Positions 1 through 8,022 of a stretch of DNA of 64,000 bases are shown here, piece by piece (within the stretch, counting starts at the first letter, position 1; each line of letters begins with the position of its first letter). The position numbers were made by a program, and so were the translations under genes. The stretch lies in the IMG/VR virus record IMGVR_UViG_3300010938_000011; one strand, given 5' to 3'. Under the pieces are notes generated by a model. That model made no database searches, was not told where the DNA came from, and saw only the letters and a program-made list of their open reading frames with translations. Source of the DNA: an uncultured virus (IMG/VR IMGVR_UViG_3300010938_000011). Taxonomy: Duplodnaviria > Heunggongvirae > Uroviricota > Caudoviricetes.

Positions 1-57
1 TTATTAAATTTAACTAAGTGTGAAGTAGAATTTGTAAATATTTACAATACGTTATGA
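1..57 (+). CDS. 3' end of a gene entering the window (partial)
   Basis: Open frame LLNLTKCEVEFVNIYNTL* ending TGA 55-57 in an ATGA overlap with ORF 54. Confidence 0.5.
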   Translation, partial: LLNLTKCEVEFVNIYNTL

Positions 58-302
58 CCTTCTATAAGTTTCAGTTGCAAGGTAAGGTAATCTATGAAGG
101 TTGGAAATTAGCCTTAAGAGCTTGGAAAGTAGACCATGATTCCTATTGTGTAGAAAATTATTTAAGCGATTTTAAAATTTGTGATCTAACTAAAAAGCAA
201 TTTTTATTTTATTTGAATAGACTAAAAGTTCCTAATGAATACATAGAATTTTCATTTGGAAATATAATTGAATTGGAGGATTATAATGAAGAAAAAAATT
301 AA
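54..302 (+). CDS. hypothetical protein (82 aa)
   Basis: ORF track; ATGA-coupled start; contains copy 1 of the 30-bp repeat. Confidence 0.6.
   Translation: MTFYKFQLQGKVIYEGWKLALRAWKVDHDSYCVENYLSDFKICDLTKKQFLFYLNRLKVPNEYIEFSFGNIIELEDYNEEKN
66..95 (+). repeat. 30-bp exact dispersed repeat, copy 1 (AAGTTTCAGTTGCAAGGTAAGGTAATCTAT)
   Basis: Identical to 33031-33060 by direct comparison. Confidence 0.95.
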
Positions 303-1359
303 AGAGCTTATAGAGGTTTTAAATCTTCAATTTGATGAATATGATAGATATTGGTATAAAGGTACTAATTCTAAAACCTTAAAAGAAGAATCTGGAGATA
401 TGACCTATCATGTAGGAATTTTATTACAAGCATTTTCTTGGATGTATAAAAAGGAACCAGAAATAGCTAAAGTATTTTTGAAAAAAATTTTTTCTTATTT
501 AAAAAATGTTTCTTATACTTCTCAATTTGGAAAATTCTATGGTAGAGGATTTTTTCTTTCAACTGAACAAGCTTTACTATCTAAAACTAAAGGACAAAAA
601 TGGATTATTTATGAAGATAAAATAATTAGAGTAGATTTGAGTGGTGATGCTATAATGGCTTTATTAGCTGGTTTATATTGGTGTAAAAAATTAGTAGATG
701 ATAAAGAAATTAAAATAGAATGTTTAGCTACAATTGCTAATATTTTTAGTTATTATAAAAAAACAAATTTCAGAGTTTTACATCCTTATTCTAAAAAGCT
801 AATGAGATTTGGAAATCATGAAAATATTATTCCAATAAAAGAATTAGTCTATATTCTTCAAGGCTTATCTTATGAATTAACTTTTTTTGATAAAATAAGA
901 AAATGGTTCTTTGAAAATATGAGAACTTATTTAGAACCAATAATTTCTAAGCAAGAGCGATTTGCCTATAATAATTATATGTTTACTATGCTTTTAGTTT
1001 GCTTATACGATTATAATGGTTTCTATAAAAAAGGATTAACTAACCTACTAAAGGAGACTCAAAATGAATATAATCTTTTTCATCATAAAATCAATAATTA
1101 CTATAAGCTTTTGAAAACTTATCTTTATGCTAATAATTTACCTTTAATTAATTTTGAAAATGAGATTTTAGAATCTATTATAGAGCAAACTGGAGCTTTA
1201 TGTTATGAATCTAAAAATCCATTACCTTTAAAAGAAAGAAAATTTTACAATAGATTTGAAAAATCTGCTTATATTAAATGTATAGGTGAAGTAGTAAAAA
1301 ATTATATTTGTAATGAGGACTTATTACAAGCTTATTATATGTTTGAGGAGGATATATGA
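286..1359 (+). CDS. hypothetical protein, mostly helical, possibly alpha/alpha-barrel
   Basis: ORF track 268..1359; GGAGGA SD before ATG 286 favours this start; fold is a guess. Confidence 0.7.
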   Translation: MKKKIKELIEVLNLQFDEYDRYWYKGTNSKTLKEESGDMTYHVGILLQAFSWMYKKEPEIAKVFLKKIFSYLKNVSYTSQFGKFYGRGFFLSTEQALLSKTKGQKWIIYEDKIIRVDLSGDAIMALLAGLYWCKKLVDDKEIKIECLATIANIFSYYKKTNFRVLHPYSKKLMRFGNHENIIPIKELVYILQGLSYELTFFDKIRKWFFENMRTYLEPIISKQERFAYNNYMFTMLLVCLYDYNGFYKKGLTNLLKETQNEYNLFHHKINNYYKLLKTYLYANNLPLINFENEILESIIEQTGALCYESKNPLPLKERKFYNRFEKSAYIKCIGEVVKNYICNEDLLQAYYMFEEDI

Positions 1360-1685
1360 TTTATATTGGAAATGCTTTTTCCTTAGGAATATTAGACCCA
1401 GAAAAACCTGAACATAAAATTTATGTAGTTAAATTAACCTTAGATGAAGCTAGAAATTTAGTAGAAACTAGAAATTACCAATCAGTAGTAGGTCATGCTT
1501 CTACAGCTGAAGTACTTTCTAGATTATTAGGTGTAGAAGTACCTATGAATAGAGTTAATTTAAGATTAAAAGAAGGAGATTCTCTATTAGTTTTTCAATT
1601 AACTTCTAGATTACCAGAAGGAAGAATTTTAACTGATGAAGAACTTGCTCAGCTTAGCTATGTTTTTTATTTAGTTCAAATTTAA
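1356..1685 (+). CDS. acrIII-1: AcrIII-1 / DUF1874 (STIV B116-like) cA4 ring nuclease, anti-CRISPR against type III
   Basis: 109 aa with family motifs YIGNAFSL, S-VGH-STAE-LS-LLG (His at residue 47), NR---L--GD, QL--RLPEGRIL; GAGGAGG SD. Confidence 0.9.
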   Translation: MIYIGNAFSLGILDPEKPEHKIYVVKLTLDEARNLVETRNYQSVVGHASTAEVLSRLLGVEVPMNRVNLRLKEGDSLLVFQLTSRLPEGRILTDEELAQLSYVFYLVQI

Positions 1686-1691
1686 TACTAT
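1686..1691 (+). promoter_or_regulatory. TACTAT motif (putative phage late promoter element), representative copy
   Basis: 7 nt before ATG 1699, no SD; recurs before many starts (see findings). Confidence 0.65.
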
Positions 1692-1698
1692 TTCTATT

Positions 1699-2586
1699 AT
1701 GAGTACTAAAATCCATACTTTAGTTTTAGCAGGAGCAGGTGCTTATGGTACTGCTTATGTTGGTGGATATAGGGCTTTATTAGAAAGAGGACAAAATATA
1801 ACAATCTTTTCTGGAGTAAGTGCTGGTTCTATTAGTTCTTTATTTTTTCTTATTTCTGAAGAAGACTTAGATTTTTTAGAAAAGATCTCTAAAGAATTTG
1901 ATATAAGAAATGTTATTAATTATGAAGTTTCTAAATATAGTATAAAATTATTATGGAATCTATTATTTAGAGGAGGCCTATTAAAAAGAGAAGGCCTAAG
2001 AAATGAACTAAGAAAAGTCTTAAAATATAAATATGGAAAAGAAGATTTTACATTTGAGGAGCTTTATAATAAAACAGAAAAATTTCTAGAAATAGGAGTC
2101 TCTAATCTTACTACTGATGAATTTGTTATTTTAAATGTAGAAAGATCACCTGTCTTAAGTGTAGTAGAGGCTGTTTGTGCTTCCTCTTGTTTATTATATG
2201 TTTTTAAACCTTATATTATTAATGGAAATATAATAGTAGATGGAGGATACTTTAATAATTTTCCTTTATCTTTCTATCCAACATCTTCTTCTATAGGACT
2301 TAGAATAAAGTTTTTTGAAAGTACTACTAGATTGGTTCCTAATTCATTAAATGTTTTTAGTGCTACTAAAACTTTAATAGAATCTTATTCAGATAGAACT
2401 GAAAAACAAAATTTAGAATATCTAAAAGCTAATGGATATACCTTTTTAGAAATAGATTTAGATGATGAAATTTATTCTATAGGGCCTGTCAATTTTTCTA
2501 AATATGATAATAGAATAAAAAATAAGCTTATAGAGTATGGATATGTTCAAACTAAAGACTTCTTAGATAAAGTTTTCTTTTTCTAA
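1699..2586 (+). CDS. patatin-like phospholipase
   Basis: Gly-rich loop AGAGAYG, nucleophile elbow GVSAG, ASSC, catalytic VDGGY. Confidence 0.92.
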   Translation: MSTKIHTLVLAGAGAYGTAYVGGYRALLERGQNITIFSGVSAGSISSLFFLISEEDLDFLEKISKEFDIRNVINYEVSKYSIKLLWNLLFRGGLLKREGLRNELRKVLKYKYGKEDFTFEELYNKTEKFLEIGVSNLTTDEFVILNVERSPVLSVVEAVCASSCLLYVFKPYIINGNIIVDGGYFNNFPLSFYPTSSSIGLRIKFFESTTRLVPNSLNVFSATKTLIESYSDRTEKQNLEYLKANGYTFLEIDLDDEIYSIGPVNFSKYDNRIKNKLIEYGYVQTKDFLDKVFFF

Positions 2587-2602
2587 TTTTTTTAGAAGAA
2601 AT

Positions 2603-2648
2603 AAAGGCTTATATATTTACATTATAAAAAAATTTATGAGCCTTTTTT
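2603..2648 (+). terminator. possible intrinsic terminator
   Basis: AAAGGCTTATA...TATGAGCCTTT inverted repeat with a long loop, followed by a T-run, after the patatin gene. Confidence 0.4.
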
Positions 2649-2697
2649 ATTAGATTCTTTAATTAAAAAGACTTTTTAGTACTATTATTAAATAAGT

Positions 2698-2979
2698 ATG
2701 GTACCTAATAGTATAATTGAATCTGTAGCTACTTCGATAGTTAATTCAATACAAAATTTACAGTTGGATATTAACAATCCTAATACTTATGCTAAAGAAG
2801 TTTGGAAAATTGTAGTAGAAGAAATATTAAACAAAGTAGATTCTATGATTATTAATTTATCTTATAGTGGAGAAGTCAATGTAAATGTAACTACACCAGT
2901 AGGACCTGGTAGCGGTTCTACTGTAGGACTTCCTACGGCTATACAAAATATTGATACAACTAATAAAACATGGAGTTAG
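2698..2979 (+). CDS. small hypothetical protein, probably virion-associated
   Basis: ORF track; TACTAT at 2680; Gly/Pro turn VTTPVGPGSG. Confidence 0.65.
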   Translation: MVPNSIIESVATSIVNSIQNLQLDINNPNTYAKEVWKIVVEEILNKVDSMIINLSYSGEVNVNVTTPVGPGSGSTVGLPTAIQNIDTTNKTWS

Positions 2980-2982
2980 ATT

Positions 2983-3168
2983 ATGGCTAAAAAATGGATT
3001 CAAGGAGCTATTAAGAAACCTGGTAGCTTTAGGAAATATTGTGGAGGAAAAGTTACTAAAGCTTGTATAGAAAGAGGAAAAAGATCTCCTAATCCTACAG
3101 TTCGTAGAAGAGCTCATCTGGCTGAAACTTTAAGAAAAGAAAAAAATGATACCTATAAAGACATTTAA
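2983..3168 (+). CDS. small basic phage protein (KWIQ-AIKKPG...RA-LAETL type)
   Basis: Very K/R-rich; resembles a widespread small phage protein family; GGAG SD. Confidence 0.7.
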   Translation: MAKKWIQGAIKKPGSFRKYCGGKVTKACIERGKRSPNPTVRRRAHLAETLRKEKNDTYKDI

Positions 3169-3529
3169 TAATAAAGATTTTATTTCCTATGTAGTAAATT
3201 TGCCTCCTTTAGGAATGATTATTGATTATTGCTATAATATAGATCCAGTATCTGGAGATTATTTGTATCCTTCTGAAGTTTATTTTTATCAGAGAGAAAG
3301 AAATCCTTCTGTTATTTTAACTTTTGTAAAAGATCCTTCTAAAATAAATTTTTCTGAACAAGCTTTTAGTAATTATTCAAAATTTACAGGAGGAATTTTA
3401 ATCTTTCCAGAAAAAATAGACTCTATTTATTTGAAAGAAAATTATAATTACCTTTCTTTAAAAAATTTTTCTAATACTTCAGCTAGAATTTTTTTACAAA
3501 TAAAATATAGAAGGATTAAAATAACATGA
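3146..3529 (+). CDS. hypothetical protein
   Basis: ORF track; ATGA-coupled to the next gene. Confidence 0.65.
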   Translation: MIPIKTFNNKDFISYVVNLPPLGMIIDYCYNIDPVSGDYLYPSEVYFYQRERNPSVILTFVKDPSKINFSEQAFSNYSKFTGGILIFPEKIDSIYLKENYNYLSLKNFSNTSARIFLQIKYRRIKIT

Positions 3530-4692
3530 AGGTAGAAATACCAATAACTTATAGTATTTTACCTAATAATCCTTATGGTAAAGTTCCATCTTTTAAGGTT
3601 TATGATGCTAATATAAGTAATACTTCTATAAATATATCTTCTATAGAAGTATATATTTCTGAAGGAAATTTTTTAGTAAATTCTATCTTTTTAGATTTTT
3701 CTTCTTATGTAGATGTAGAATATACTTTATATTTTGCTTATGAAAATGGAACTTTAAAATTATATTTAGAAGATTTTCCTTCTCAACTCAATCATTTTTT
3801 AGCTAAATTTAAAAGAAATTCTTCTTTTTTAGAATATTTTTATTTTACTGAAGACTTAATTTTAGATGAAGAAGAAACTTATGATGATATATCTATAACT
3901 AATGAAAATTTAATAGATCTAAAAGATACTCCTTCTACTTATTCTTCTGATAAATTTTTAAAATCTACTTCTAATGGATTCATTTATTCTACTTTAAGCG
4001 AAACAGATATTTCTAATGCTTTAAATAATATTTCTAATCCTGATTGGAACGATATACAAAATAAACCTACTACTTTTCCTCCTGAAACTCATACTCATAA
4101 TATAAGTGAAATTACAAATCTTACTACTGAATTAAGTAATAAAGCTGATATAAATCATAATCATCAAATTTCTGATGTACAAAATTTACAAAATGAATTA
4201 GATGGAAAAGCTAATTTAATTCAAGTTATTAGAACAGATATAAATAACCAATCTCTTTCTGATACAGAAAAAATTAATTTTTTGCAAAATTTAGATAGTT
4301 ATGTTCAAGTTTTAGGAATGCCATTTGCTAATATACCTACAAATGGAAGTACTATTACTCTAAGTATAAGTCCAGTTATTCCTTATACTGGTAGGTACTT
4401 AATACATTTTAATTTTGTATTTAGAGTCGTATTTATAAGAAATGAAAGAGTAAGACTTTATACACAAGTTCAATTTCGATCAAATAATTTGAATGATACT
4501 AAATTTATTGATAACTTTTATGATTATTATTCTTATGGAACTAATCAAATCTTAAGTTTTGAAAGAAATTTTACTTATTTACATAATTTTACAAATTCTG
4601 ATACAATAACAATATCTTTTAGGAATTTTGTTGCAAGTAATGTACAAATGATAGCTTTAGTAGATGGTAATGCTATTATAATTAATTATTAA
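3526..4692 (+). CDS. tail fibre / receptor-binding protein
   Basis: Fibre repeats WNDIQNKPTTFPPETHTH-ISEITNL and KADINHNHQISDVQNLQNELDGKA (HxH); beta-rich C-terminal domain. Confidence 0.8.
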   Translation: MKVEIPITYSILPNNPYGKVPSFKVYDANISNTSINISSIEVYISEGNFLVNSIFLDFSSYVDVEYTLYFAYENGTLKLYLEDFPSQLNHFLAKFKRNSSFLEYFYFTEDLILDEEETYDDISITNENLIDLKDTPSTYSSDKFLKSTSNGFIYSTLSETDISNALNNISNPDWNDIQNKPTTFPPETHTHNISEITNLTTELSNKADINHNHQISDVQNLQNELDGKANLIQVIRTDINNQSLSDTEKINFLQNLDSYVQVLGMPFANIPTNGSTITLSISPVIPYTGRYLIHFNFVFRVVFIRNERVRLYTQVQFRSNNLNDTKFIDNFYDYYSYGTNQILSFERNFTYLHNFTNSDTITISFRNFVASNVQMIALVDGNAIIINY

Positions 4693-4702
4693 GGAGAATA
4701 TT

Positions 4703-5077
4703 ATGGAACTTTATGAAATTGAAAATGAATTCTATGGAAAAGTTTCAGAAATAGAAGCTTATTATTTAGGAAAATATCCTGAAGCTGAACAAAAAAGTTT
4801 TGGTATTAAAGTACAAGAAGCTTTAACTTTTTTAAAGTCATTAGATTCAAATAATTGTCCTACTATTTTTGAAGAACTTAAAGTTTTATATGGAAGAGAT
4901 CCTACTCAAGGAGAAATAACTGATAGATGTAATTTAATTTTAGCTAAAAAAAATGTTTTAGCACAATTAGCGGCTAAAATATCAGCACTTAGACAAATAT
5001 TTGAAGTAGATCCATTCAATTTTGATTTTAATTTATTTAAAGTTTATTTTCCAGAAGTTTTTGGCACATTTACATAA
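4703..5077 (+). CDS. putative tail fibre assembly chaperone
   Basis: Directly after the fibre gene; YP-AE--SF--KV-EA pattern typical of such chaperones; AAGGAG SD. Confidence 0.55.
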   Translation: MELYEIENEFYGKVSEIEAYYLGKYPEAEQKSFGIKVQEALTFLKSLDSNNCPTIFEELKVLYGRDPTQGEITDRCNLILAKKNVLAQLAAKISALRQIFEVDPFNFDFNLFKVYFPEVFGTFT

Positions 5078-5101
5078 TACTATTAGAAAAAAGGAGCTAT
5101 T

Positions 5102-5308
5102 ATGATTGAATACTTATTATGTAAAAATAAATGTTGTCCTATTTTAATAAAGGAAGAAAATGATTATTTTATAGTAGAACAAACTAATCCTAAATTAAAA
5201 ATAAAGCTAGCAAAAGAACATATAAAAAATTTATATTTTCATTTAACTAATATTTTAAAAGAGGAGGATCTAAAGGAAGAAAATGAAAGGAACTCATATA
5301 ATAGCTGA
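5102..5308 (+). CDS. small Cys-motif hypothetical protein
   Basis: CKNKCCP N-terminus; TACTAT 5078 and AAGGAG SD. Confidence 0.65.
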   Translation: MIEYLLCKNKCCPILIKEENDYFIVEQTNPKLKIKLAKEHIKNLYFHLTNILKEEDLKEENERNSYNS

Positions 5309-5678
5309 TTTATACGAATGTGAAGCTGATTTAGATAATCCAAACATAGTAGAAATTATTTATAAATATTTAGTAGAAGAGGACTTAGCTAATATTCTAA
5401 GATATGAATATCATAAATTCGAACCTCAAGGCCTTTCCGCTATTTATTTTTTAGCTGAAAGTCATTTTTCTTTCCATACTTGGCCAGAAAAGAAATATGT
5501 ATCTTTAGATTATTATACTTGTAAGCAAGATTTTGATGTTTCTCAAATAAATAAATATATAGAATTTTTTCAATCAAAAAATCCAATAATTGTTTTTACA
5601 TCTAGAGGTACCTTAAATAAATTGTCATTTAAGAAGTATCAATTACCTTTTACAAAAAATTTAAGAGGAATTTTATGA
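5283..5678 (+). CDS. speD: S-adenosylmethionine decarboxylase proenzyme (pyruvoyl-dependent)
   Basis: G-HIIADLY-C, HKFEPQGLS, LAE|SH-S-HTWPE autocleavage motif, DYYTC. Confidence 0.92.
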   Translation: MKGTHIIADLYECEADLDNPNIVEIIYKYLVEEDLANILRYEYHKFEPQGLSAIYFLAESHFSFHTWPEKKYVSLDYYTCKQDFDVSQINKYIEFFQSKNPIIVFTSRGTLNKLSFKKYQLPFTKNLRGIL

Positions 5679-6157
5679 AAAAATTGCTTATATTATTTTT
5701 AATTTCTTTTTTCTTTATTTCATTTTCCTTAGAAAATTCTTTTGAAAAAAAATTTTTACAAAAAAAATATAAATGGTATTCAGATTTAATTTATGAAAAT
5801 TCTAAAAAATATTGTAAAGTGCCAGTATTTCTTACTTTTGCTATTATTCAAGTAGAAAGTTCAGGAAATCCAAGAGCTTTAGGAAAATTAGTAAAAGTAA
5901 GATTAATTAGAAATAATAAATATGTTTATGAATATCATAGAGCTTATGGCTTAATGCAAGTAATGGGTTTTCATTCTAAAAATCCAGAATCTTTATTTAA
6001 TATACCTACTAATATAAAGTATGGTTGCAAAATATTAAACGAATGTTTATATAAATATAAGTATCTCTATAAAACAATAAGCTGCTATAATATAGGTATA
6101 AATAATAAATATCTAAACAAAAAATATCTCAAAAAGGTAAAAAGAGAATTACTTTAA
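5675..6157 (+). CDS. lytic transglycosylase (SLT domain) with N-terminal signal peptide
   Basis: AIIQVESS, AYGLMQV, NIKYG, SCYN-G; hydrophobic MKKLLILFLISFFF leader. Confidence 0.88.
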   Translation: MKKLLILFLISFFFISFSLENSFEKKFLQKKYKWYSDLIYENSKKYCKVPVFLTFAIIQVESSGNPRALGKLVKVRLIRNNKYVYEYHRAYGLMQVMGFHSKNPESLFNIPTNIKYGCKILNECLYKYKYLYKTISCYNIGINNKYLNKKYLKKVKRELL

Positions 6158-6175
6158 ATTACTATTTATTTTTAA

Positions 6176-6586
6176 ATGAGAGTTTTTATTTCTAAAAATT
6201 TATCTTTAAATGTAGATACTTGTAATAAAGTAATCTATATAGATGGTTATTCTGTCTCTCTACCATATAAAGATATAATTAAGGAACCTAATTTTATAAG
6301 AATAAAATTATTTTCTGTAGCTCTTCCTTCTTTAGAAATAGATATTTCTAGATTAGTTACTAAAATTTATTTAAAGTCAGATGATGGACTAGTACTATCT
6401 TATATTATTCCTCTAAACAACTCTTCTATTTTAGAAGAAATCTTTATCTTATGTAAAGATTTTCAAAAGATAGAAACTATTTTTCCTTCTAACAAACAGG
6501 AAGAATCTAGACTTCAAAGATTTTTAGAAAATATTTTTCATTATTTGGAATTTTTATGTATTTCTAAAGAATTTTATTTTTCTTAA
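6176..6586 (+). CDS. hypothetical protein
   Basis: ORF track; TACTAT 6160, no SD. Confidence 0.65.
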   Translation: MRVFISKNLSLNVDTCNKVIYIDGYSVSLPYKDIIKEPNFIRIKLFSVALPSLEIDISRLVTKIYLKSDDGLVLSYIIPLNNSSILEEIFILCKDFQKIETIFPSNKQEESRLQRFLENIFHYLEFLCISKEFYFS

Positions 6587-6606
6587 AATTACTATAGTAA
6601 TTAAAT

Positions 6607-7182
6607 ATGGAATTAATATTAATTACTTCATATGTAATCTTTTTCTTAGCTTTTTTATATTTTTCTTATAAAATGTTATATTATTTTATCCATTTAAGGA
6701 TGACTTTATATTTTATAATAACCTTTTTAGCTTTAATTTTATCTTTTGTAGGAGTAATTGCCGAATATAGTTTTTTAAATTATTTGGCTTTTGCTCCTGT
6801 ATGGGTTTATTGTATTTTGATTTCTTCAATTTTTTATGTATCTACTAAACATACATATTTTCTTTCTGGAATTTTTCTTTTTTCTTTTCTAGCTCTTTTC
6901 ACAAAGTTTGCTTATTATTCGTACTTTCTAATAAAATTTTTTTTAATTTTTTATATAATTTATATTTATATAAAATCAAATTATGAAATTTTTTTTGTTT
7001 GGTTATCCATATTTCTTTTATATACTCTTATAATAAGATTAGTTAGTTGTGATGCTATTTTCCATAATGTAATTTCTAATGTATTTGGTTCTCTTTTATT
7101 TTTTTATGTAAGTAAATTTAAAATAAAATTAAGAAGGTTTGGCTATGACTTTAGTGGAGAATTTAATAAAAGAAGGTTTTAA
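6607..7182 (+). CDS. polytopic membrane protein (about 6-7 TM)
   Basis: Successive hydrophobic stretches; TACTAT 6590. Confidence 0.75.
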   Translation: MELILITSYVIFFLAFLYFSYKMLYYFIHLRMTLYFIITFLALILSFVGVIAEYSFLNYLAFAPVWVYCILISSIFYVSTKHTYFLSGIFLFSFLALFTKFAYYSYFLIKFFLIFYIIYIYIKSNYEIFFVWLSIFLLYTLIIRLVSCDAIFHNVISNVFGSLLFFYVSKFKIKLRRFGYDFSGEFNKRRF

Positions 7183-7471
7183 GGTCAAAATCTTAAAAAA
7201 TTTTGATTTTTTTACTCTTTTAAGAAAAAGAGTAGAAAATTGTAATTTTGAAAAAAATCTTCGTTTAGTTCCAATTAATGGAACTTATTTATTAATTCAA
7301 AATACTAGAACAGGAAATTATTTTTTTTATGATAAAAAAACTAATACTACATATTACATAAAAATTCCTTGTAAGAAAAATTCTTTAAAATTTGATATTT
7401 TTAATTTGTCTTTAAGAACTATTTTATTAAAATACCTTTTAACGGAAGAGACTAATGAGTCAGGAAAGTAA
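7145..7471 (+). CDS. hypothetical protein
   Basis: ORF track 7139..7471 (TTG); ATG 7145 follows AGAAGG. Confidence 0.6.
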   Translation: MTLVENLIKEGFKVKILKNFDFFTLLRKRVENCNFEKNLRLVPINGTYLLIQNTRTGNYFFYDKKTNTTYYIKIPCKKNSLKFDIFNLSLRTILLKYLLTEETNESGK

Positions 7472-7808
7472 AGAACATAGTTTTCTACTTAGAGAATTAG
7501 TAGTAAAACTTCTAAACTTAGTAGATACTCAAATGTCTTTACAAGATACTTTCGCTAAGTCAAAAGATATTTCTGAACTTTCTTCTCAAATAAAAGATTT
7601 AGAAAGAAGTCTTTCTAACAATAATGAAAATCTTTTAGATTTAGATAGGAAATTTGACCAAATGCTTAATACTTTAAATTCTATAAAAGAAATACTTTCA
7701 GAAATTAAAAATTCTGAAGCTAAAACAAAATTTCTTATCAATTTTTTTACAATTTTAAACACAATTTTGGTAATTTTATTTACATTCTTGTCTTATTTTT
7801 TAAAATAG
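7455..7808 (+). CDS. coiled-coil protein with C-terminal TM anchor (holin/lysis accessory candidate)
   Basis: Heptad-rich body, then FLINFFTILNTILVILFTFLSYFLK. Confidence 0.6.
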   Translation: MSQESKEHSFLLRELVVKLLNLVDTQMSLQDTFAKSKDISELSSQIKDLERSLSNNNENLLDLDRKFDQMLNTLNSIKEILSEIKNSEAKTKFLINFFTILNTILVILFTFLSYFLK

Positions 7809-7842
7809 TCCTACTATTAATATATCATAAAGGAGGATATGT

Positions 7843-8001
7843 ATGAGTATTTTAAAAACTTATGTAACAGATTCTAACACTAAATTTAGTGGACATACAG
7901 CTGTTACTAATAAAACACAAGTAATTGAGTCTAAAGGCGGAAATGCTAAACAATTTTCGAAAGTAGCTCCTTCTAAACCTAAAACTTCTCAATCTAAATA
8001 A
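7843..8001 (+). CDS. small basic protein (52 aa), not in the ORF track
   Basis: MSILKTYVTDSNTKFSGHTAVTNKTQVIESKGGNAKQFSKVAPSKPKTSQSK*; AAGGAGG SD, TACTAT 7812; fills the gap. Confidence 0.75.
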   Translation: MSILKTYVTDSNTKFSGHTAVTNKTQVIESKGGNAKQFSKVAPSKPKTSQSK

Positions 8002-8022
8002 TTTTCTTTAGGAGGAGTTTCA

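Noticed and set aside
32..47. Perfect 16-bp palindrome TTGTAAATATTTACAA as an operator
   Set aside because: Almost all A/T, inside the upstream coding frame, and no second copy seen
66..95. CRISPR array
   Set aside because: Only two copies 33 kb apart; no repeat-spacer periodicity seen anywhere in the window
1699..2586. Complete CBASS operon
   Set aside because: No CD-NTase or Cap2/Cap3 motifs in neighbouring ORFs
2977..2985. TAG reassignment (alternative genetic code)
   Set aside because: Long conserved genes are intact in code 11, TAG ends several genes at sensible points, and ORF 2983 has its own SD
3526..4692. Diversity-generating retroelement target
   Set aside because: No reverse transcriptase or template/variable repeat pair visible in the window
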